A stretch of DNA of 64,000 nucleotides, taken from NCBI RefSeq assembly GCF_009914755.1, contig NC_060930.1. The stretch is one strand, 5' to 3'. The notes below the pieces were generated by a model, which had not been told where the DNA came from, did not search any database, and was given only the letters and a program-made list of their open reading frames with translations. The stretch is from the human T2T-CHM13v2.0 reference genome, Homo sapiens. Positions 13,811-26,659 of this stretch are shown one piece after another (position 1 is the first letter of the stretch; each line of letters starts with the position of its first letter). The translations under genes and the position numbers were made by a program.

Positions 13811-14904
13811 ATACAGGAAGCTTTGGTTCTGTCATATTAAATTTTTAAAAGATTGTTTGGTTATTGTCTTGAAAATGTATAAGAGGATTAATTCCCTTTA
13901 CAACTTTCTACTTTCATTTTCTTAATGGTAGTTTGGTTATCTGATCCATTTACAAATATGGAACAGAACTTAATGAAGAAAGCACAGAAAGTAAAAGAAA
14001 AGTAACAAATAATAACACTAAGAAGTTAATAAACAGGTCAAGATGGTTATGGTTAGCAGTTAGGCAGCCATTTCTCCCCTGGCTGAACATTGCAGTCCCT
14101 GAGATGACTGAAGTCAAATGGCAGTCATGCACTTCATGTTTCCTGAATGTTGTGCATTTGAAATTGGAAGTTTTGGCTTTCTTTGTTTTTTAGAAAATTT
14201 TATTTTCTACCAACAAAGAGTAAATATGATATTTGATAAGAATTTGTCACAATTGATAACGTATTGATTGATACGTTTTGATGCCAAAAAGCTTTAAGGT
14301 GAGCTGGTCATGAAATGTCTGGAGATATTCACAGCCACAAAGATGATAGAGTCCATGCTGCAAATATTTGCAGAAGACACATAACATATGCACATCAGTT
14401 GTACAAACAAGTAAAATAACTTAAATAATTCTCACTTACTTATTACTCACAGCTTCAAATAATGCTTCTCCTCTTACTTCTAAATACTTTTCCAAACAAT
14501 GGAGAGAAACAATGATATTCCATAATACTGATTTGTTGCAACGATCATATATATCAGCTCTTTATTTCTTTTCTGGGATTGCTGCAAAACAAGTGAAGTC
14601 TACTAAATTTTGTGATTCTCAAGAAACATTCCCTCAGGCAAAAATAACAGTAAAACAAAATAGGAAAATCTTCTTATAAATCATTACTGGACTGGTTTTT
14701 CTCTCCTAGAAAAACTAAACTCATAGAAAATTGATGTGAATTCAGTATTTAAGCCATTTTTCATATAAACATACTTTCCAAGTAACCTTGAAGCAATTTG
14801 GAAGATAATTCTCCCTCAGCTTTCCAAAGATTTTTGTAGAAATGTTAGCCTTCTTAAACTGAGGTACAAGCCAGTTTCTCCTATCTATTTATTTTTATAT
14901 GCCA

Positions 14905-14915
14905 TGTGTGTGTTT

Positions 14916-14949
<34 letters not shown>

Positions 14950-14951
14950 TG
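14905..14951. repeat. (TG)n microsatellite
   Basis: about 20 TG units with two interruptions. Confidence 0.95.
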
Positions 14952-15242
14952 AATGTACAATATTTATTTATAAAATTACAAGGTAGATCTGAGGGAGGAA
15001 CATGGACAGTTGATTTTACTTTTTCTACTCCTAAATACTACCAAAACATCCTCCCTTGCGCCCTATTCAAACACTGACAAATTACTTAATAACAAGAGCA
15101 TATATTTGGGGTGTGTTTTTGTAGTTACCACATCAGTGTCAAGAATAAGAAATATTATCAGGTATGTGCCTTCCAAAAATACCACATTATCAAAAAAAAT
15201 ATTGTACCAAGTAGGTCAACCATTCATTAAAATCTGGGGTAA

Positions 15243-15672
<430 letters not shown>

Positions 15673-15719
15673 CAAGTGTTTTTTTGTTTGTTTGTTTGTT
15701 TTGTTTTAATCTTTACACA

Positions 15720-15860
15720 TTCTTTCATTTAACAAATATTTATTAAGCATCTACTACATTAAAGACACTGTTCTGGGCATTAGGGATGTAACAGTGACAA
15801 ACAAGCCACTGTCTACGTGGATCTTCCTTCCTAGTAAGAGAGAAAATAGACAATAGAACA
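15720..15860 (-). mobile_element. L2 3' end
   Basis: TCATTTAACAAATATTTATTAAGCATCTACT ... CACTGTTCTGGGCATTAGGGAT. Confidence 0.8.
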
Positions 15861-17769
15861 TCAGTTAGTGTTATGCTGCAATTACACATGACCCATCTTA
15901 AATGTAAAGTCTATCCACATCATCGTCACACACGTCAACATTAGCATGGGCATGACCACCTTCAAATAATGCTTACTCAACACTTATAGGAATAACCACT
16001 AGGCCACAAGACATACAAAACAAGTTAAAAGATAGTATCTCTATATTCTGGAGGCTATCTCATGCAGAGGTAATTGGCTTAAGTCAAAAAAGGAACATCT
16101 CATTTTTACATAAAGTTAATTTATAGTCAACATTGAGTATAATAGAATATGGGGCTATAATTATTGAAGGGTTAGGAAGTGATAAGTAGATTTCTTGTTT
16201 CAGTCCATGAGTCACAAACTGACTTATTCAAGTTTTCATCAACATAGGAACAGATTTATTTAACTCGGGGAGTTGTCATAGATGTTTTTCCCTTGTTCAA
16301 TTACTCTGAGAACTCTTAGTTAATCCAATGGTTGACATGAACAAGACAGAATCCTTCCTGGAATTAAGGCATAATCCCCAGGAGACACTTCTTGTTCTCA
16401 TCTCTGCTGTCTTGCTTGAGAGGAAAGCTCCAGAACAAGGCCAGGGTACCATGATAACCTATAGCAGAAAACAGCATAGCTGGGTCTCATGTGCACTGAA
16501 CCTGGGAACTGGAACCTAAACCTTCTACCCTTAGTGTTCCACATTATGACCTCTCAATTCAGATGATAATAATTGGTAGACTTCTTATTTAAGACCCCTG
16601 AGAAATAGTAAAATTAGTACACAATATGTCTCCATTTGGGCAGTCTTTTTGCATCAGATGATATCATAGGGTGCTGGTCAGACTACAGATTACTCTTCTT
16701 TTGGTCAGGTGTCAATGCATGACCCAATCAAATTTAGCAGTGTGTCTTGCGGCTCAGGTTGCTTCCAGTAAATGCTGTGAGTTAGGGAGATTCTCAGGAT
16801 GAGGTAGTGAGCAGGAGAGGAAATGAAAAAATGTGAGTATTCCTATTAAATGGAACATGTTACTTGGAATCAACCACAGAATAATCTGCTGCATTATCAG
16901 ATTAATTAAATATATTACATTAGAACACAGGGTCCCAAGGCATTGAGAAGGAGAGCACATGAGATTAATTGAAGGGAAAGAAGAGTAAAGGAGACAGGAG
17001 TATCCAGACAGCGCATTTTTGGGTGCTATGGAAATGAGTGACTCTGGGCATATGAAGATAACAGTAAGAAGACTCGGGCTCCTGTAAGAGGAGGGAGGGA
17101 CTTGATGTGGTGGAGTATAGTTATCAAAGTGGGATGACATTTCAAAATGACATTTTCCTCTTTCTTAATTTTGCCAGAGGCCAGCCCTTTTTTTGTAACA
17201 CAAAATGGCGAATTTTGTTTTCATCTGAATGCTTAACAGTATAGATGCAATCTTAATGTTCATGAATAATCTAGAAGTAAAAAGATGAGAGCACAAAATG
17301 CAGAAGCCAGCAGAATCCTTCCAAGGCTGGAGGAGGAGTAAACAAATGCTAATAGGAATGAGCTGAGCACATCTCCCCAAGCCACATGGTCCTTCCCAGG
17401 CATACTCAAAGACTCAACTGCTTGTCTTCCACAGGAAAGGGGTACAATGCCTGCCAGCAAAACTGCTTACCCTGCACTCTACAAGAACCCTCTTCCTTCC
17501 CAGAGGGTCCAGCTCGGTGCTCAAAAGCACAAGGAAAACCAAATGGTTTGGAAGGAAAAGTTGTTGATGTCTCTTGCCCCCAAAGGTCCTTCAAGCAGTA
17601 AATGAACACACACAATCTGTGTTTATTTTCTTTTAAACATATTTTTGAAAATATTCTGTGATCCAAAATATGTGTTTTCAATCTTGCCTGCCGTTCCCTG
17701 GCCATGAGTGATGTATTTTATCCATATTCATAATCATGCACAAATTTTCTATTCATAGCTCACTCTGCA

Positions 17770-18660
17770 GTATCAATTCTGGCGGCAGTCGGGATTTCCT
17801 TGTGCGGCCCGCATACGGTGATCCCTTACCAGAGGCCTGGCTCCACATCAGTGTTTGCATTCCTTCGATGGCTCAGGTTAAATGTAAAGGAATGAGGTAC
17901 TTGAGTCTTCCTGCAAAAAATTAACTGCATTTACGTGTCCGGGAAGGATAGGACAGTGTGTTCTTAAACTCTTGCTAGCTTCAGGAATGTCTAACCTGAT
18001 TTCCTGTCATAAATATTTCATTACAAAAAAGACTTTAGAAATATGCCAGTTCAAACTCGGCACAGACCCTTCCCACCAGCTCTCTGCGGCAGCGGGAAAC
18101 CAGCTCCACAGTGCCCGGTGCCGGGAGGTCACGGGCATCCTTACTGCCCTCCTCTTCGTTCTCAGTGTGAGGAAAAGCCATGCCACCTGGGGGTTTCTTC
18201 TGGGTGGTAGAGGTAGAATTGTGGGTGGCAGCCCAGTGTGTGTGCAGAGCTTGGAGAAGAGGCATGTTTTCTAAAGGGCAACTTCAAAGCTGTCTCACAG
18301 AGGAAGTGTCTGTCCCCATGTCCACCCCTGCTCCATAGAACAGGCCTTTGATTTCAGGTAGGAATCTTGGTTGGATTTCCCTCCTTTGAGTGACTGCTGC
18401 CAGCCCCTTTTCTTTGCACTTTGATGAGGTGACACTGGCTAATCACAGGTTCCTCCTGGTACCCAAGTTTGAGGGGTACCAGGTAGTGTGTGCCTGCGGG
18501 CTGATATCTGAGATGATGTGCCTTTCGAAGTGAGTGAAGCTGCCTCCTAGGTTGAAGCAGTGAGGCCAAGCCATGTCACATTTCAGAGTTCTTCACTGAG
18601 TCACATCTTCCCACTTGGCATTGGTTCCTGGGACTGCTAAGTGAACTGAAACTGAGAAGC
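17770..18660. promoter_or_regulatory. candidate enhancer/promoter (locally GC/CpG-rich, non-repeat)
   Basis: Many retained CpGs at 17780-18160; CGGGATTTCC (NF-kB-like, 17790), AGAGGAAGTG (ETS/PU.1, 18299), TGAGTCA (AP-1, 18597), AAGTGAACTGAAACT (IRF-like, 18639). Confidence 0.4.
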
Positions 18661-19222
18661 TATGAAAATATACACAGGAGAGAGAGTGTGTGAGGAAGGG
18701 CATGTGCTGTTTCTCTGGGGTCCAAAGTCATAACTCTCCCTGTTCTCTTGTTTTTGCTTTTCCTCATCTGGCCCTCCTGCCCCATGTAAGATATGCTCCT
18801 GCTTCCTTTGATTTGCTGTTCCTGGGAAAGCAGTATAAACTTTGGGAGAGGAAGCAAAGGGATGTGTTTAGATCCACTAGGAAGCAGCTACAGAGCGCTC
18901 CTCCTTTCTGACAGTTGATATTCTTCCAACGGGAAATAGCAAAATTTGGGTGTTTTTATCGTATACTTCTCAGATGCAGTTCTCAGGCTTCCCACAAGAG
19001 GAACTCAGGAAGATCCTATTTTTACTATTAAACTTGGTTCATTCATGTAGAGTTGTTGCAATGGCTGTTTTGAGTGCTTTTAAACTGACCGGCATAAAGT
19101 TAATAACATTGACCAAGGCCAGCTGTGTCAACAGAGCTCAAGAAATTATTGAACAGCTAATTCGTTGATGATATTTTATAATTCTTGTATAATGATGTGT
19201 CAGTAATGATCATAATCAACAG

Positions 19223-19315
19223 GTAAGTGAAATGTTGATCTACATTTTGTATATACTGAAGACAACTTCATCAAAAGCCCTCATATTACTAACTTGAGTA
19301 TGTGTCTCTTTCCAG
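19223..19315 (+). other. putative 93-nt U2-type intron of an unidentified, probably non-coding, transcript
   Basis: CAG|GTAAGT donor (GT at 19223), TACTAAC branch point 19287-19293, TGTGTCTCTTTCCAG acceptor ending 19315. Confidence 0.5.
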
Positions 19316-19389
19316 AACAGGCTTACATTTTGCAACAGTCATCAGTGTGTACTCAGTAATGCATCTACGAAAGGATCAATGTGCACCTA

Positions 19390-20040
19390 CATTTTTCTGG
19401 GAACTGTGTGATACACAGAGGATACAAGGAGGGAAGGCATGACTTTCTCCCTTAGCAGATAATACGGATGCGGAAACCAATAGCTATGACACAATTCTAT
19501 AAATCTAATTCTGGAAATGTGTTTAAGGTGCAATAAGAGTAAGAGGTATATATCTAAGTCAGATTGGGAAGTGGGTGTCAGGAGTAATTTCTTTTTAGAA
19601 TAGAATGGTAGTTGAGTCCTGAATGATGAAAAAGATTTACCAGGCCTGGATGGGGTGGAAAGTGTGGTGGGCTGTTCCCACTCACCACCATGGGATATGC
19701 AAAAGCATGAATGTAGGAGTGGGAATTTGAAGAATCCATAGTTTGCTAAGATTGGAATATTGTACATACTTTGGGGATACCAGGAGTTAAGTGGAAGAAT
19801 TAGGTTAGGGGAGGTGTTCATGAAACTTTGATGCCACTCTGTAGAATTTGTGATCCATGAATTTTTGTCACCTTCCTGGGGAAGCCAACCCAACATTTTA
19901 TCAGGAGAATGATGCACAGTTTTTATCTTAGAAAGATCATTTGGGCAGCGACATTGAGGACCATTAAGAAGAAAAGCGAGGCAATACGAGCGAGAGGACC
20001 TCAGGGATGCTATTAAGTAGCTACAGAAATTGGGCTTCAA
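19390..20040 (-). mobile_element. L2 LINE 3' portion
   Basis: GGAACTGTGTGATACACAGAGGATACAAG ... TGAGTCCTGAATGATGA ... TTAGAAAGATCATTTGGGCAGC; minus-strand translation LSKIKTVHHSPDKMLGWLP resembles the L2/CR1 ORF2 HITPLLxxLHWLP motif. Confidence 0.8.
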
Positions 20041-20157
20041 AAAAAGAGGAACTCTAAAGCTCTGACGGGAAAATATAAAGTTCTATGTCTAGTATGAGAG
20101 AGGCATGTATACATGAGTGAGGGAAATGTTAAGAACTACAGTTAGTCTATACTCTAC

Positions 20158-20642
20158 CTGCAGATTAACAATTTAGCCTTCTACAGTTTTATGGATGCTG
20201 ACAGCAGACAGAAATCTCCTGGATCAGAGACAAAATATAATTTATTACTCATAGCAATAGCAGCAGCCAGAGTATCTGCATTTTTTATGCCAGTTTCCTA
20301 AGGCTCCATGTCCACAGGGCATTACAAAAAAAAAAAAAAAAAAAGCTGGGTGACACTTGCTCACACAGTAGATTTTATTACAGAAAAAGAACCCTGAGTT
20401 TAGGGAACCCAAAACTTTCATCATGGCCATTAAGCATGCCTGTCCTTTTCTCTAGAGGGATATACTCTCTCTATCTTCCAAGACTGAAAGCAAATTTCCA
20501 CTTTGCTACAGAGAAAGATACCAACTCTATCATCATGGCTCTTCATTCTATAGATATTCTTGTAAAGATAATTTACAACAATGTGTCTTGCTTGCAAGAC
20601 TTGCAGAAATTGGAGATACCCATGAAAAACTGTCTCCCAACA
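20158..20642. mobile_element. ERVL-class solo LTR (MER54/MER73/MER74 group, subfamily uncertain)
   Basis: TG...CA ends; GGATCAGAGACAAAATATAATTTATTACTCATAGCAATAGCAGCAGCCAGAG resembles this group's consensus. Confidence 0.45.
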
Positions 20643-22137
20643 AGAAACTAGAATGACTCCCAGTTCTGTAGCATAAACAACTGTGGCAGCACAGTAGGAA
20701 CAAGAGGAGAAGGTTGGGTTTCATGTACGTATCAAAGCTGAAATGGTAAAGAACTGACTTAATTCTTGTGATACTGAAACTTCTCACAAGGTAGACATAC
20801 TGAATTATATATGACAATGATTAACCTCTAAGTTTATACAGAGTTTAGAGTTCTGTTCTGTATACTTCAGTAATGAAACTCCTTAATCCATACAGCCTTT
20901 TCTGGAAGAAATTCAGAGCTGTCGCCAAGTTTGAACTGATGTCCAGCTTGAATAGCCTGATATGATACCGGTTCTTCTTGCCTTATAAGAAGAGTCAGTG
21001 AGACTAGGAGAAATCATTGCAAGGGCAGAATTAGCAGATAGCAGGAAATGCATAATTTAATCTTTGACACACATTATGGGAGATGTTTCTCAAATTTTCC
21101 CAGACCAAGGATCCTAACAGTTAACATTCTAAAGACTTTTCTTAACCACTTGGCATCCTCCATGCTAAAAGAAAGAATACTGAATTTATAATAGATTGGA
21201 CTATGGTTTGGGAAACCCTAACATACCCATTCTCCGTCCTACTGTAGCACTGATTTCTCTGAATTATAACTCTGAATACAATAGTTCATCGCTTCCAATA
21301 AACCAAACATTTCTTAAAGCTAGGTAGTATCTTATTCATTTTCTAATTTTTCCCATGCTTATCATGATTATGATTATGTTATATGGATTATAGAGAAGTC
21401 AATTTACTTTAAATGTAACTTTTGGAATTTAATTTTTGCATTTTTAAAGCTCTCTTGTCCTGTATAGCATGCATCTTGAATACCATCCAATGAATCAAAT
21501 TATCTTCAAAAATTAGGTAAAATGGCTCAAGTTGTTTCCACTAGCAAGATTTAGAAAATCTTATTTATGTGCCATTAATATTTTATTCTCAGATGAACAA
21601 AATTTTCCCATATGAAAATATTGAATCACCCTAATCCGTATGTTCCTTCTTAAAGTCATTAACGGATTTGGCTACTTCGATGGAATAATAGATTGTTTTG
21701 TAAAGAAAACAGTGATATCATTATTATAATCTGCAGATTAAGTATAAAATTTTAGTTGCTCTGAAATTTAACAGCCCAATTAGCATTTGTTTTGCTGTTA
21801 GCCTTTTTAAAGATACAATCTGTTTACACATGTTAATGTTTTGCAGTTGCTATAGTTTGCCTGGGTTCCAAGGCTTATATCACTAAGACCAGTACAGCTA
21901 AGTAAAGTGATTTTAGTAGTACACAGAGAACATTCAGTGGCTTTGTATACCACTAGGACTTATATCTGAAAATCCAAGGCCTAGAGTTTTGCCAGAGGAT
22001 GGGATGGTAACCATAAAATTTGACAGCAAAGCAGGAGACAGTTTTTAAATGCTGGATTAGAATGATTTGGAACAGGGTTATGGAAACTTATCAGGATTTT
22101 CTTAAATCAGTAGTTCCTTACTAAAGGATTCACCTAT

Positions 22138-22596
22138 TATATTGGTTTGGTAGGGCTGTTGTAACCAAGTACTACACATGGTATTCTGAATGGCTTAAAC
22201 AGCAGAAATGTCTTATCTCACAGTTCTGGAGGCTAAAAGTCCAACTCCAAGGTCCCAGTTGAACTAGCTCCTTCTCTGGCTGTAAGGAAGAATCTGTTCC
22301 ATGCCTGTGTCCGCTTCTGGTGGTTTTGCTGAAACCTTTGTAATTCTTTGTCTTGCAGACACATCACGCCTAACTCTGCCTTGATGTTCGTTCACATGGC
22401 ATTCTCCCTGTGTTTGTGTCAGAATTTTGTCTTCTCATAAGGGCACTAGTCCCATTTGATTAGATCCCACTGTAATGACCTCATTTTGAATTAATTACTT
22501 CTATAAAGACCTTCTCTCCAAATAAGGTCACAATCTAATACTGAGGATTAGGAATTTAACATCATAATTTGGGGGGACACAATTCAACCCATAACA
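22138..22596 (-). mobile_element. MaLR solo LTR MLT1B/C
   Basis: TGGCTTAAACAGCAGAAAT...TCTCACAGTTCTGGAGGCT ... GGGGACACAATTCAACCCATAACA. Confidence 0.9.
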
Positions 22597-22700
22597 GACA
22601 TTAATACCAAAATCCCCACTTCACAGCTGAACCCCTTTGAGCACATTTGGTTCTTTTCTCTAAAACCCTCCATCTCTTTTGATGACATACATTAGCTAAT
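22476..22700 (+). repeat. arm 1 of local inverted duplication (partner 24428-24646)
   Basis: Manual alignment to the reverse complement of 24428-24646: about 20 substitutions and 2 indels over ~220 bp. Confidence 0.95.
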
Positions 22701-22867
22701 GTGGAACAAATAATACTCCAGTGAACTCAGTTGATTGAAAAATAATTTCCTCCTCAATTTTTATAATTCAGATGGTCAGGCACCAGGGTTTTTGGGTTTT
22801 GAGTTTTTTTGTTTATTTGTTTTTAAGACAAGGAAGTACAATTCCAATTAAAGTGAAATCACAGTTT

Positions 22868-23527
22868 TGATAGCAGCAGGAGGCAGACAAATGCCTAGGC
22901 AGGTAGGGGCAGGTCCCCAGTGAAACCCCATCTCCAAGCCAAAGACAGTTTAAAGCCTGAAAGCCAAGCTACAAGTCAAACTTCCTGTTTGTTGTGCTTT
23001 CCTGTGATTGATCCCCAACCTTCACCTATTTCACATATACCTACCCTTTCCTAATTGGTTTTTACATTGTCATACCCACTTTTGAGTGGTGCCTTTAACT
23101 TTTTTTGCATACTCACAAACCTATCAGCATATACTACCCTATTCTGAACCCATTAAGGCCCTGGACCAAGCCACACTGTGGGAGAGATCATCCCCACACC
23201 CCCTCTCTGCTGAGAGCTGTGCCATTGCTCAACAAAATTCTTCTCTGCCCTCCTCTACCTTCAATTGTCAGCATATCCTCATTCTTCTTGGAAGTGGGAC
23301 AAGAGCTTAGGAACCACTGAACATGAGTACATGCTATAACAGAGGCAGGCTGGGGCATGCCCGGCCAGTCACGAGCTGAGCCAGTGTGCAAGCCAGACTC
23401 GGCCCTGGCAGACCGAGTGCATGGAGCACTTCTTGTAACAGGTAGTGTGACTGAGGGAGGCCCAGACAGCAGTGTCCCTGGCTGGAGTCTCCTGGCTGGC
23501 AAAGTGACCAAGAAAAATCCTGCATCC
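22868..23527 (+). mobile_element. ERV1 solo LTR (LTR27/LTR28-like)
   Basis: Starts TGATAGCAGCAGGAGGCAGACAAATGCCTAGGCAG...CCCCAGTGAAACCCCATCTCCAAGCC; ends GGCAAAGTGACCAAGAAAAATCCTGCATC. Confidence 0.75.
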
Positions 23528-24269
23528 TTTCAGTGCATTACCATGTCAACTTCCATCTAGAATATCAAACATCAAGTAAAAGATAATAAATTATTTGCTT
23601 AGTTGTGTGTCAGAGTGCCCAGGACTTTTCTGAGCATACACCACCTCCTTGGTCAATATCAGTTAACTATTTAAATGTAGCGGTTATAAATCCTAGGCTC
23701 TAGAAATAATCCGTTTCTTTATTATGTACAAATCATGCTAATTCACTTACAAAGTCTTCATCCATTGCATGAGAAGGAAATTCCATCTCAATGGAATTCT
23801 AATGTTCTTGTACAGACACATCTTGCTGAACTAACCCCACTGGATCTGTCCAGGGAGATCTCTTTCTAGTTCAGAAAATAAACTATTTTCTGAATATACA
23901 ATGAAATGTATACAATAAAATGAACAATAAAACTTATACCACAATATACTCAGGGCTTCACTCATGAGCAATTATAAAACTTTTTTACTTTCTTTTTGGA
24001 CAAAATGATTTTAGCATTCAAATGTTCCAAAAACATGAAAGATATATTTATATTTTAGACTTCTAGTAAATTAAAGAAAGGGAAGAAGACAAGAGAATTA
24101 ACTTCCCTGAGGACAGAGGGCAGATCTGGGGAATCTACCTCTCTATGCACAGTGAGTTGCTGAATGAATGAAAACAAGTAGTACTTTATGAACATTGACA
24201 TAGGAAAAGCTCTCAAGTATCTTGAGGAAAAAGAGGAGTGGGGAAAATAGGCAATATATTTTAGTTCAA

Positions 24270-24380
24270 AGGGCCTACGATTTGAAATGACAAGATCCAT
24301 ATTCAAATTCCTGCCCTGCAGTTAATTGCTTCTTTACCCATTAAGAGCCTTATTTTATGCAATAGTAAAATTAGAGAATA
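24270..24380 (+). mobile_element. MIR fragment
   Basis: GACAAGATCCATATTCAAATTCCTGCCCTGC ... GTAAAATTAGAGAATA. Confidence 0.45.
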
Positions 24381-24427
24381 TCTTGGTGTTCTTCCTACTC
24401 CACTGTGCCAGCAGACAGCTGCCCTTA

Positions 24428-24646
24428 ATTAGCTAAAGTATGTCATCAAAAGAGATGAGGGTTTAAGAGAAGAGAGCCAAATATGCTCACAGTGGTTTAG
24501 CTGTGAAGTGGGGATGTTGGTATTAACGTCTGTTTTGGGTTGAATTGTGTCCCCTAGAATTCTTATGTTAGATTCCTAATCCTCAGTATTGTGACATTAT
24601 TTGGAGAGAGGGTCTTTATAGAAGTAATTAATTCAAAACGAGGTCA
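24428..24646 (-). repeat. arm 2 of local inverted duplication (unique flank 24428-24530 plus MLT1 5' end 24531-24646)
   Basis: Reverse complement matches 22476-22700 at ~90%, including non-repeat flank. Confidence 0.95.
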
Positions 24647-24909
24647 GAAACCTTTTAGTATTCTTGTGAGATGTAGGGGTAATTTATCTCAACATATCTT
24701 GGCACCTACAAGTACTTCCCACATTGGTAGCTGTGTTATTGTTTGTTATTGCAATTATTGTTTTACATTCTCAACAAGTAATATAAAGCTTGGCACAGAG
24801 TTGCTGCTCAATGAAAGTTTAACTATGGGAAGCTTCTGCTTTCTCATGGTTTCTATCAGGTAGTACTGGTCTACTGAAAACTATATTTTAATGTTTCATT
24901 ATAAGACAC

Positions 24910-25408
24910 TGTCATACACAAAACAATGCCTCCCCCCAAAGATTTCCATGTCCTAATCCCCAGAACTTGTGAATATGCTACTTTATATGGCAAAAAGAAC
25001 TTTACAAATATGATTAAGTTAAGGATCTTGAGCAGGAGATTATCCTGGTGGGCCCATTGTAGTCACAAGAATTAACATAAGAAGGAGACATGAGAACCAA
25101 AGGCAGAGAGAGGAGAATGGCAGAGGCAGAGGGTGGAGTAATGTACTTCAAAGTGGAGCAAGGAGGCATGAGCCAAGGAATGCAGGAGGCTTCTGGAATG
25201 TGGAAAAGGCAAGGAAATAGATTGTCCTCTAGAGCTTCCAGACTCTAGAGCTTCCAGAAGGAACCAAGCTCTGCCAACACCTTAGTTTTAGCCCAGAAGA
25301 CCTATTTCAGGCTTTTGAGCTCCAGAACTTTAAGATAGTAAACTTGTCTTGTTTTAAGCCACGAAAGTTCATGGTAATTTTTTACAGCAACAATAGGAAA
25401 CTAGTCCA
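24910..25408 (+). mobile_element. MaLR solo LTR MLT1D
   Basis: CCCCCAAAGATTTCCATGTCCTAATCCCCAGAACTTGTGAATATG ... GAGCCAAGGAATGCAGG ... AGCAACAATAGGAAACTA. Confidence 0.9.
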
Positions 25409-26659
25409 ACCCCTTAAATGACTTCAAAGATCTCTGTCTAAAAGCAATTAACTAGAAGCTTTCCGGGTGCCAAGAAATATTTTTCTATGAAACTAGGCAT
25501 CTTAACCTCCAAATCCAGAGATCACTGGGAGTGCTAAGTTATGCAAAGCAAGCAAATAAAAAAGAAATTTGCTGCCTTGTATATAATAGATGTCTAATAG
25601 TAGTCATTTTAGTTATCATCATAAATCTGCTAATATCCCAGTAAGTGACTTCACTATGGAAGATATACACCAGCCAAAATTGTGGCTAATCTTTGAGCTT
25701 GTCCAGCTACAGTCCACCGCTAGTTTCTCAATCACATTGATCCCGTGTGAAAAGCCTACCCCATGGGAAATTAATGGTTCTGCATCTGCATTCCATGGTA
25801 CATCTTCATCCTCTAATCATTTTGCTTTTTGTAATTCCATCTAATACAGCTTGGTTTGGCATGACAGAAGACCACAGGTAACATTGAAAGAAGAGAGATG
25901 CTGTTCTAGAGTACAGAGGACAACAGGCAAGACAATTCATGGATGGTACCAGTGACGGCAGAGTAATCAATGAGAGGGAAGAAAGCTATATGTAGGCAGT
26001 TCAGCAGGGAAGTTCTGAAGGGACCAGGAGAACGTGTTCAAAATCCATAGTGATTATTTTGGTAGATTCTTATAGAGTCAGCTATCAGTAACGTTTTGTC
26101 ACCAGCTTGTTTAATAAAGAGACTCAGACCCAACTAACAAACAGTGGAGTAAGAAGAATACCAAGAGAGTGTGGTATCCTGGAACCCACGTGAAGTAGGT
26201 GTGAAAGAGACAATCCACCATGTCAGATGCTGGTGATAGGTCTCATGAGCAGCCCTCATGGTGGCCTGAGGTTTATAGTTGCTACACTGGAGTAAACCCA
26301 ATTCTTATTTCATGTAAGTACAAATTTTATATCCAGACAGTGCTAGGTATTTAGGTATTATACATATTCTAGCACATAAGTTATTCTCTTTTTCATAATA
26401 TTTTCTCTCTCCTAATTGTGAGGGGGGTGGCAATGTACCAAACTTTGTTTTTCACCTGTAGTATTAATTCGTCCCCACTCTATTACTCCTCACATCCATG
26501 ATACACTCTATACCCAAGTTCCTATGTACACTTTGTTTTTTCCAAATAATACCTCCACGTACTTTTCAACCTTGTGTCCCCTTTCTGGCTAGCCATCCTT
26601 TAACCAACCTCAGGTGTCTCTCCCCTACCAGATTAGCCCTCTTTCTTCTTCATTTTTGG

